From Candidatus Krumholzibacteriia bacterium (GTDB taxonomy: Bacteria > Krumholzibacteriota > Krumholzibacteriia > WVZY01), in contig JAZGDW010000018.1 of assembly GCA_036478295.1 (NCBI GenBank), forward strand, positions 1 to 10,578: DNA of 10,578 nt. The letters are read 5' to 3'. Shown in pieces: positions 1-6,398 of this stretch. Both the position numbers and the translations under genes were made by a program. Each line of letters opens with the position of its first letter. The first letter of the stretch is position 1. Under the pieces are notes generated by a model. That model ran no database searches. It worked only from the letters and a program-made list of their open reading frames with translations, and had not been told where the DNA came from.

Positions 1-281
1 TTCGCACCCAGGTCGTCGCGGCCGGATAGCCGGCGCATCTTCTCCACCGCGAGGTAGCAGAGATTGTCCCGGCCGGTGGGAACGCCGGGGTCCGAGCAGG
101 TGAGGAGGATGCGGCCGCTGTCGTTGAACTCTAACTCCAACTCATCATAGAGGTTAACGCTTTGGAAGATGGTTTCCAGCTCGTGGTAGCCGTCACTTCG
201 CTTGCGGATGATTTCGAGTGCCAGGTTGACTTTTGCGCGGGCACGAGCGCGAACGCTCGGGTTGTCACCGGAACTGGTCAT
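1..281 (-). CDS. ispE: 4-diphosphocytidyl-2-C-methyl-D-erythritol kinase (MEP pathway), partial: 3' end runs off the window
   Basis: Not in the ORF track. Translated by hand from ATG at 281: MTSSGDNPSVRARARAKVNLALEIIRKRSDGYHELETIFQSVNLYDELELEFNDSGRILLTCSDPGVPTGRDNLCYLAVEKMRRLSGRDDLGA... It contains the IspE N-terminal signature AKVNLxLxIxxKRxDGYHELETIFQ and the downstream DNL motif. The start overlaps the upstream TGA (ATGA, 278-281). Confidence 0.95.
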   Translation of the reverse strand, partial: MTSSGDNPSVRARARAKVNLALEIIRKRSDGYHELETIFQSVNLYDELELEFNDSGRILLTCSDPGVPTGRDNLCYLAVEKMRRLSGRDDLGA

Positions 282-1414
282 GTCGTCTTGACTTGCCCGT
301 CTCCACCCGCGTAGAGGGACACGGGCGGTTTGCTGCCGTCGCGGTAGTCATCGAACAGTCGGCCCCACGGGGTTCTCGAAAAGGCCTGGATCCGCCGCCG
401 GCCGATCGTGGGGTACCACAGATAGTCGTGGTAGACGTTCGAGGCGAACGGAGCCCAGACCACCATTGGGGAATGGAGCAAGAGCTTCTCCAGGAATCGC
501 AGGGGACCCAGCCGCAGCATCTGGTCGCCCCAGATGACCAGGCTCTTCCGGCTGGAGAATCCGAAGTTCATCTTCGAAATGTCCTCACCGGCGATCTCTA
601 TCTTCTCGATTCTGCCTTCACCCAATCCTCTTTCCGTCGCCATGCGGATGTAAGGGATATCCATCGGCTCGAACCCCATCAGCTTCGCCGCCACCGCGTC
701 GATCGCCACCGAGTCTGCACTGGCCAGTATCACGTTCTGGATCTTGGGAAACATGGTTCTCGGGCCGGCGCCATCTCCCGCAACGGTTCCGTCCATGACG
801 GCAAAAACGTTGGGGTGCAGTTCCCGCTGCATGTAGAGCAGGTCGACTAGCACCTCGTGGATGTACTTGTGAGCGTAGTGACGGACTTCTTTCAGCAGGC
901 CGCCGAAAGCATTCTTTATCGCACCGGTGGTCACCGAATGGCCGTGCGTTTTGACCGTCGGCAGGTGAAGTATGTCTCTGCCCACGTACATCGCGGGGAT
1001 CTCTATGCCTTCGGGAAAGATGTGGTTGAGTTTGAGCAACTCGGAATCGAACCGGTACACCTTCCATTCGACGTCCGTGAGCGGCCGGAACCGGCAGCGG
1101 TGCTTCTCCAGCACGGGGAGCCAGCGGTTGTTGCGCGCGCCCTTCAGGGGATTGGTTACAACCGTCTTGTTCTCCACCGGCAGCACCTTTTCGGGTTTGT
1201 AACGCTTTTCGAGCAGCGTCTCGAGAACGCCGTCGAGCTGCCACGGCTGACTGGAACAGGCTGGAAAATACTTGGTCCAGGATAAGTTGAGCTTCAGCAA
1301 CAGATCCCGCTCGCCGGTCAGGTGGTCCTGCCAGTGGGCAAGCTCCATCACGCGCTTGTAGTCGGGCAGAATCGTCTCGGGCCGTGTCCTGACGACCGAA
1401 ACAACGGAGGCCAT
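278..1414 (-). CDS. DUF362 domain-containing protein (378 aa), no ferredoxin domain
   Basis: DUF362-type motifs: LLKLNL (KPN-like), LPTVKTHGHSVTTGAIKNAFG, VMDGTVAGDGAGP, ILASADSVAIDAVAAKLMGF and IPYIRMATERGLG. The start is placed at ATG 1414, which has AGGAG 8 nt upstream. The track's extension to 1567 only reads through intergenic repeats. Confidence 0.85.
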   Translation of the reverse strand: MASVVSVVRTRPETILPDYKRVMELAHWQDHLTGERDLLLKLNLSWTKYFPACSSQPWQLDGVLETLLEKRYKPEKVLPVENKTVVTNPLKGARNNRWLPVLEKHRCRFRPLTDVEWKVYRFDSELLKLNHIFPEGIEIPAMYVGRDILHLPTVKTHGHSVTTGAIKNAFGGLLKEVRHYAHKYIHEVLVDLLYMQRELHPNVFAVMDGTVAGDGAGPRTMFPKIQNVILASADSVAIDAVAAKLMGFEPMDIPYIRMATERGLGEGRIEKIEIAGEDISKMNFGFSSRKSLVIWGDQMLRLGPLRFLEKLLLHSPMVVWAPFASNVYHDYLWYPTIGRRRIQAFSRTPWGRLFDDYRDGSKPPVSLYAGGDGQVKTT

Positions 1415-1422
1415 AATCTTAT

Positions 1423-1427
1423 CTCCT
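1423..1427 (-). promoter_or_regulatory. Shine-Dalgarno site of the DUF362 gene
   Basis: The minus strand reads AAC-AGGAG-ATAAGATT-ATG. Confidence 0.8.
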
Positions 1428-1448
1428 GTTGGATGCGTGTGCGGTTTG

Positions 1449-1545
1449 CCACCGTACCGGCATTCTCCTGCGGCGCCGTCGACCACCGAACCGGCGTTCT
1501 TCCGCGGCGCCGTCGACCATCGAACCCGCGTTCTCCCGCGGCGCC
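1449..1545. repeat. Intergenic tandem direct repeat, 34-bp unit, ~2.9 copies
   Basis: Copy 1449-1482: ccaccgtaccggcattctcctgcggcgccgtcga. Copy 1483-1516: ccaccgaaccggcgttcttccgcggcgccgtcga (30/34 identical). Copy 1517-1545: ccatcgaacccgcgttctcccgcggcgcc (26/29 identical to the middle copy). A possible degenerate remnant lies near 1564-1590. There are no spacers. Confidence 0.92.
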
Positions 1546-1612
1546 CTTCTCCGCCGGTGTTCGCCACCCACGGACTTCGCGGCGCTGTCAGGAGCAGCTT
1601 GCAACCTTAATA

Positions 1613-1641
1613 AGTATATTAGAAAAGGTGAAATATCGCAA
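1613..1641 (-). promoter_or_regulatory. Candidate sigma70-type internal promoter for DUF362-ispE
   Basis: The minus strand reads TTGCGA (1641-1636), a 17-nt spacer, then TATACT (1618-1613). It lies in a conspicuously AT-rich patch overlapping the end of the UbiA-family gene. Matches to TTGACA and TATAAT are 4/6 and 5/6. Confidence 0.55.
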
Positions 1642-2509
1642 CCACGAGCAGTATCCACACAAAGACGTCGATGAGGATAAACCGGTCGCTGAGAAGCATC
1701 TCCGATGGACTGCCGCCCTCTTCCCTGCTGTAGACCAGGTAGAGGTAGCGCATGACCCCGATCAGAACCAGGGGTATGGTATAAATGAGCCCCGTGGTGC
1801 CGAAGTGCGCGACCGTATCCGGCCAGATGGTGTAGATCGAATACGACAAGACGGCCCCCCCCGCCGAGATGCCGACCAGTTGATCGATCAGCATCGGCGA
1901 ATACTCCGCCAGTGATTCGCGATGACTGCTGGCATCGTCGAGCGTGCGCAGCTCGTAGCGCCGTTTGCAGAAGGCCAAAAACAGGGACAGGAAGAGCGTA
2001 CAGATCAGAAGCCACGGAGAGAGCTCGATCGTCGAGTCGGCACCCACTAACGCTTCGACTCCGGCGATGGCGCGCACGACAAAGCTCAGTGAAATACTCA
2101 CAACATCGAGCAGCACGATCTTCTTGAGAAGAAAGGAATAGAGAAAATTCAGAGCGAAGAACACGACGGCCACGGTGAAGAAACTCGAACCCACCCGGTA
2201 GGCAAGGAACAGGGCGACGGCGCCGACAACGATCGCAAAGACAAGTGCTTCCGCCACCCGCAGTTCGCCCGCCGCAAGCGGCCGTTTCTTCTTGCCGGCG
2301 TGAATCTTGTCCTTCTCGATGTCGGCGATGTCGTTGACGAGATAGATGACACCGGAGAGTGCACAGAAAATCATAAACGCATACACGCTCTTCAGCAGCA
2401 ACGCCCCGTTGGTGATGTTCTGAGAAAAAATCAGACCGGCAAAAAGGACGAGGTTTTTCGTCCATTGGCGTGGCCGCATCGCCACGAGAAAATAGTAAGG
2501 TTTTTTCAT
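1619..2509 (-). CDS. UbiA-family prenyltransferase, decaprenyl-phosphate phosphoribosyltransferase (DPPR synthase, Rv3806c-like) subfamily
   Basis: Polytopic membrane protein with RPRQWTKNLVLF, YLVNDIADIEKDKIHAGKKKRPLAAG, YSFLLKKIVLLDV, FVVRAIAG, LFLAFCKRRYEL and IGVMRYLYLV..GGSPSE, all typical of this subfamily. The start is ATG 2509 (alternative GTG 2518). Confidence 0.85.
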   Translation of the reverse strand: MKKPYYFLVAMRPRQWTKNLVLFAGLIFSQNITNGALLLKSVYAFMIFCALSGVIYLVNDIADIEKDKIHAGKKKRPLAAGELRVAEALVFAIVVGAVALFLAYRVGSSFFTVAVVFFALNFLYSFLLKKIVLLDVVSISLSFVVRAIAGVEALVGADSTIELSPWLLICTLFLSLFLAFCKRRYELRTLDDASSHRESLAEYSPMLIDQLVGISAGGAVLSYSIYTIWPDTVAHFGTTGLIYTIPLVLIGVMRYLYLVYSREEGGSPSEMLLSDRFILIDVFVWILLVVAIFHLF

Positions 2510-2533
2510 TCGTGTCACCGGATTGGCCGCGGC

Positions 2534-5329
2534 CTAGTCCATGGACGCGCGTATTTCACGCGCCGGTTTCTCGCACAGAAGCGTGTGAAGGTTGCCGAGC
2601 AGTTGGGCGCGGTCGGCATCTCCTGGCGCGTGCAGGCACCGCTCGACAGCCGTCAGCATTTCGCTGCCGGCCGGGTACAACGGGCTCACCACGACGCTTG
2701 CACCCGGGATGGACGATCCTTTGAGCAGCTCCGAAGGAAAAAGCATGCGCCTCTCATCGGGCGCCTCAGTGGCTGCGTATCCGCTGGTTTTTCGATCACG
2801 GAAAAACCTCTGCAGATCGCGCGCCCCGATGGGCACCTCGTCTCGAGGGATGATAAGCGCTCTTCCTCTCGCGCTCGCCCCCGCATCCACACACAGCGCC
2901 ACCGCTTCGGGCTCAAAAACGGAGAAACGCTCCTCGGCGTGACCGGTCCGCCCAGCCACGGGCGGCACGCCATCCAGTATTTCCAGGAGCCTTTTCTCCG
3001 TCAGAACCGTGGCCACACGGACGACCCTCGGTGAAGCGGCGTGAAGTTGCCGACAATTGAGGACGCGCGCTTCACTCACGGACAGGAGTTTGGCCGCTTC
3101 GTCCGCCGCCGAGAGATTTTCCCAGAACGAAATCAGCGTCAAGGATTCAACCGGGAGTGCCGAGACGACCTTGACCAGGGCATCGGTCGAGTACACCACG
3201 CTCCGCCACAGGAAATCCCGCTCGTTGACCACAGGGCCCGCGTAAGTCGAGATACAGTGAAAAATCACCTGAGGCTCACAGCCGGAAACAATTCGGGCCG
3301 CTTCGTCCTGATCATCGAGTCGGCCGATATAAAACCGGCAACCCGCGCCCTGCCAACCACCGAAGCGCTCGACGTCCCACTGTGAGTCGATCTGAACGGT
3401 CACCCGTGCTCCCATTCCCACCAATCGTTTCACCAGTGCGCTGCCGATGATGTGACCGCCGTTCGTCACCAGCACGCGTTTTCCGGTGTAGAACTCGCTC
3501 GATCTCTTCTGGCCGTGCAGCGGCAATCCTCTCTTCATGGACCGGCTTATCTGGTCGAACAGCACGACGCCTGACTCCTGCTGTTTGCGATAACGCCCGT
3601 CCCGGGTCTCCAGCGGCAAGCCCGCCGCACGCGCGAGATCGACAAAGGCATCGAGTTGCTTCTGCGGCAACGACGCGATACCCAGCACGAGCGAGTCAAC
3701 TTCGAGCTCTTTGCATATCGCGTCCAGGTTGTCCGCCGGGCCGCGAATGGGGATTCCTTGCAGGGTAAGGCCCTGTTTGTCCTCGTCGTCGTCGATGTAG
3801 CAGACCAGGGACACACTTTTGTCGTGCGTGCCGCGGATCGCACGGCCGATTCGCTCGCCGCGGTCACCGGCTCCAATTACAGCGACACGTTTGACCCGGC
3901 CGCCGAGCGCCTCCTTTCCAAACTCGTGGAAGAGACGCGAGGCGAAGCGTGTGCCCCCCAGCGCCACGATAAGGAGAAAATACTCGATAATAAAAAGAGA
4001 GCGTGGAAACGCAACAAATCTGTAAAACAAGACAAGCAGCACGACGATGATCACGGAGCCGCTGGTGACCGCCTTGACGATTCGGACGACATCGGGTGTG
4101 CTGGTGTATTTCCACACGCCGCGATAGAGACCGTAGTAATAGAAACAGGCGCTCCTGACCACAAGCACCAGCGGGAACGCCTTGAGGATGGCCATCCCCT
4201 CCGCCTCGGTGAAACGAAAGTTCATGCGCAGAAAATACGCTCCGAAATAGGCCAATGCGGTCACCAGCAGGTCACCGGCCACGACCATGAGCGTTCTCCG
4301 TTCCCAGAAGAGACGATCTCCCCTTTCCAGACTGCGAATCTTGAGAATCGTTGCGGTAAAGATCACCACCCAGCACAGGGTCAGAAAGATCGGAAAGAAG
4401 CCGCCCGCCTTGAAGAAGATCAAGGCGCTGACGCCCAGAAGGATGGTCAATGCGTATTCCAGCACTGTCACCTGCTTGTGGTTGAGCCCGAGTGACAGGA
4501 GTCTCTGGTAATAATGGGTGTGGTGGGGCTGGAAGATCTTTTCACCCTTCAACGCCCTCTTTACCAGCGTGAGCCCGGCGTCGAGAAACAAGGAGGAGAG
4601 CATCAACACCGGTATGAAGAACGGAATCTCCGGGCTCAGGCCGTTTCCCATTATCGCGACGCCGGCGAAAACAAACCCCAGAAACGTGCTGCCGCTGTCC
4701 CCCATGAAGAGTCTTGATGGGGGAAAGTTGAACTGCAGGAATCCCACGGCGCTGCCCGCCAGAACCACGCACACCAGCGCCAGCGGAATGTGGCCCAGCA
4801 TGTAAGCAATGAGGGCGAGAAACGTGGCGACGATGAAGGCGCTGCCCGCGGCGAGGCCGTCGACACCATCCACAAAATTGTAAAAGTTTATGCTCGCAAG
4901 GACAAAAAGCGCCGTGAACGGTATCGCCAGCGGGCCCAATTCGAGGGTCCCGACAAGCGGCAGGAAGATGTGGTCGACATAGTGGCCCGCCACAATCAGG
5001 AGCGTTACGGCCAGTCCCTGCGCCAGGAACCGTACGTAAACCGGCAGCGAGCGGCGGTCGTCCATCACTCCGGCTCCGAAAACCAGCAACCCACCGAGCA
5101 CAAGCGGAAGATAGGCCGTCATTCCCGGCCGCACGGTCAGCAAAACCAGGTACACGACCGTGAACGCCCCCACGATGGCGATGCCACCGAGGCGGGGCTT
5201 CGGTGTTTCGTGCGAACTCCGTTCGTTGGGCACGTCGACGAACGCGTTCCGCAGGCGAATCCTCAGAAGCAGCACGGTACCGACATAAGAGACTATGAAT
5301 GCGGAAATGAATGCACCAAGACCGGTCAT
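2534..5329 (-). CDS. Fusion protein (931 aa): WecA/WbpL-type polyprenyl-phosphate HexNAc-1-phosphate transferase + WbpM/PglF/CapD-like membrane and Rossmann linker domains + degenerate SDR dehydratase domain
   Basis: The N-terminal ~335 aa carry MraY/WecA motifs DVPNERSSHETPKPRLGG, GVMDD, NFYNFVDGVDGL, FMGDSGS and HHTHYYQRL. The middle carries PglF-like GDL..AYFLR, GLYRGVWKYTS, PRS, VAVIGAGDRG and YIDDDEDKQG..GIPIRG. The C-terminus begins GKRVLVT but lacks catalytic motifs. The frame is uninterrupted. AAGGA lies 9 nt before ATG 5329. Confidence 0.88.
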   Translation of the reverse strand: MTGLGAFISAFIVSYVGTVLLLRIRLRNAFVDVPNERSSHETPKPRLGGIAIVGAFTVVYLVLLTVRPGMTAYLPLVLGGLLVFGAGVMDDRRSLPVYVRFLAQGLAVTLLIVAGHYVDHIFLPLVGTLELGPLAIPFTALFVLASINFYNFVDGVDGLAAGSAFIVATFLALIAYMLGHIPLALVCVVLAGSAVGFLQFNFPPSRLFMGDSGSTFLGFVFAGVAIMGNGLSPEIPFFIPVLMLSSLFLDAGLTLVKRALKGEKIFQPHHTHYYQRLLSLGLNHKQVTVLEYALTILLGVSALIFFKAGGFFPIFLTLCWVVIFTATILKIRSLERGDRLFWERRTLMVVAGDLLVTALAYFGAYFLRMNFRFTEAEGMAILKAFPLVLVVRSACFYYYGLYRGVWKYTSTPDVVRIVKAVTSGSVIIVVLLVLFYRFVAFPRSLFIIEYFLLIVALGGTRFASRLFHEFGKEALGGRVKRVAVIGAGDRGERIGRAIRGTHDKSVSLVCYIDDDEDKQGLTLQGIPIRGPADNLDAICKELEVDSLVLGIASLPQKQLDAFVDLARAAGLPLETRDGRYRKQQESGVVLFDQISRSMKRGLPLHGQKRSSEFYTGKRVLVTNGGHIIGSALVKRLVGMGARVTVQIDSQWDVERFGGWQGAGCRFYIGRLDDQDEAARIVSGCEPQVIFHCISTYAGPVVNERDFLWRSVVYSTDALVKVVSALPVESLTLISFWENLSAADEAAKLLSVSEARVLNCRQLHAASPRVVRVATVLTEKRLLEILDGVPPVAGRTGHAEERFSVFEPEAVALCVDAGASARGRALIIPRDEVPIGARDLQRFFRDRKTSGYAATEAPDERRMLFPSELLKGSSIPGASVVVSPLYPAGSEMLTAVERCLHAPGDADRAQLLGNLHTLLCEKPAREIRASMD

Positions 5330-5389
5330 GGAGGCCAATCCTTTCGGAATCGATTATCCTCCGGATTTTAGTGACAATAAGGGCTTGCG

Positions 5390-5420
5390 CGCCGGTAAGA
5401 CAAGGGCTTTTCTACCGGCG
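5390..5420 (-). other. Stem-loop immediately after the epimerase stop codon (possible weak terminator, pause or mRNA-stabilising hairpin)
   Basis: Perfect 8-bp inverted repeat CGCCGGTA (5390-5397) / TACCGGCG (5413-5420), extendable with a bulge. No U-tract follows directly on the minus strand. Confidence 0.5.
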
Positions 5421-6398
5421 TCACCGAGTGCCGGCGCGTAGGGATGCCACGATATCCGGCATCTCGTCCTTGAGACTTCGCGTGGAGTGGTACCCGAGCG
5501 TTTTCCGGATGAGCGCCGAATCGTAACAGGCCGACCCCAGCAGTTTTTGGAAGGCCGCCGAATCAAACGGAAACGGGCGGCCCAGCACGCGGGCGCAGCC
5601 GTCTCCGAGTCTGGCCAGGACACGCAGAGACCTCACCGGCACCGTCCACGGAGGCACACGGCGATGCATCGCCTCGCAGATCCATTCGTAGAGCTCACGA
5701 GTACTATAGTCGCGGCCGTCACTCACGATGAAGACGCGACCATTGGCCTCGGGTTTCTCCGCTGCGAGAAGCAACGCGTCTACCAGGTCGTCGACGTGGA
5801 CCATCGATCGCCGGTTGTGGGCATGCGGAATCGGGGGGAACAACCCTCGCTCCATCGCCCGGATCATTCGGGCGAGATTTCCCTTCGCCCCCGATCCATA
5901 AACCAGCGTCGAGCGCAACACCGACCGATGTGGTATCCCGCTGTCTTCCAACACCTGTATCTCCGCCCGGCGTTTCGACCGGCCGTAGGGCGATTGCGGT
6001 TCCGCGGCGGCGTCCTCGCTCAGGCAGGAGTTTCCCCCCTCACCCATCGCCTTGACCGAGCTGAGAAAAACGAAACGCGCGACGCGGGCGTGCCCGGCCG
6101 CACGCAGCAGGCGGGCCGTGCCTTCCACGTTGAGCCTGTCATAGCCCCCGGCATCGCCGGCACGGCGACCGAGATCGTGGGCTTTGCCGGCCAAGTGAAA
6201 AACCGTATCCACGCCGGCGACGGCCTCGTCCAGCGGTGAGTTCATTTCCAGGTCCGCGAATACCGCCTCGTGCCACGGCCCCTCGCCCGGGCGGCGGAGC
6301 AGCGCACGCACGCGACCTGCGCCGTACAAACGCCGGCACAGGGAGCGGCCGACGAAGCCCGACGCGCCGGTGACCAGGTATGCCGGTCCCTTGCTCAT
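5421..6398 (-). CDS. NAD-dependent epimerase/dehydratase (extended SDR), resembles WbpV/WbpK-type UDP-4-keto-6-deoxy-HexNAc 4-reductases
   Basis: Motifs LVTGASGFVG (GxxGxxG), VFHLAG, FVFLSSVKAMGE, catalytic YGRSK (YxxxK), LVYGSGAKGN and NRRSMVHVDDLVD. The start overlaps the upstream stop (ATGA, 6395-6398). The subfamily call is less certain than the family call. Confidence 0.88.
   Translation of the reverse strand: MSKGPAYLVTGASGFVGRSLCRRLYGAGRVRALLRRPGEGPWHEAVFADLEMNSPLDEAVAGVDTVFHLAGKAHDLGRRAGDAGGYDRLNVEGTARLLRAAGHARVARFVFLSSVKAMGEGGNSCLSEDAAAEPQSPYGRSKRRAEIQVLEDSGIPHRSVLRSTLVYGSGAKGNLARMIRAMERGLFPPIPHAHNRRSMVHVDDLVDALLLAAEKPEANGRVFIVSDGRDYSTRELYEWICEAMHRRVPPWTVPVRSLRVLARLGDGCARVLGRPFPFDSAAFQKLLGSACYDSALIRKTLGYHSTRSLKDEMPDIVASLRAGTR

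Noticed and set aside
126..143. Short AACTC-type repeats with 6-bp period
   Set aside because: These are simply the codons for ELELEF within ispE.
1515..1535. GCGGGTTCGAT on the minus strand resembles a tRNA T-arm or attachment-site remnant
   Set aside because: The 3' side does not pair to form a T-stem, there is no cloverleaf or CCA end, and no integrase is nearby.
1449..1545. CRISPR array interpretation of the 34-bp repeats
   Set aside because: The units are head-to-tail with no unique spacers, and there are no cas genes in the window.
1542..1562. Minus-strand GAACACCGGCGGAGAAGGGCG resembles the 16S rRNA segment GAACACCGGTGGCGAAGGCG
   Set aside because: The match is only ~20 nt, imperfect, and has no flanking rRNA similarity, so it is probably chance.
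1415..1567. 51-aa N-terminal extension of the DUF362 ORF given in the track
   Set aside because: It is low-complexity translation of the non-triplet repeats. A strong AGGAG SD supports ATG 1414 instead.
1419..2465. 348-aa alternative-frame ORF overlapping the UbiA-family gene on the same strand
   Set aside because: It is Arg-rich with no recognisable motifs, as expected for a shadow frame in GC-rich DNA.
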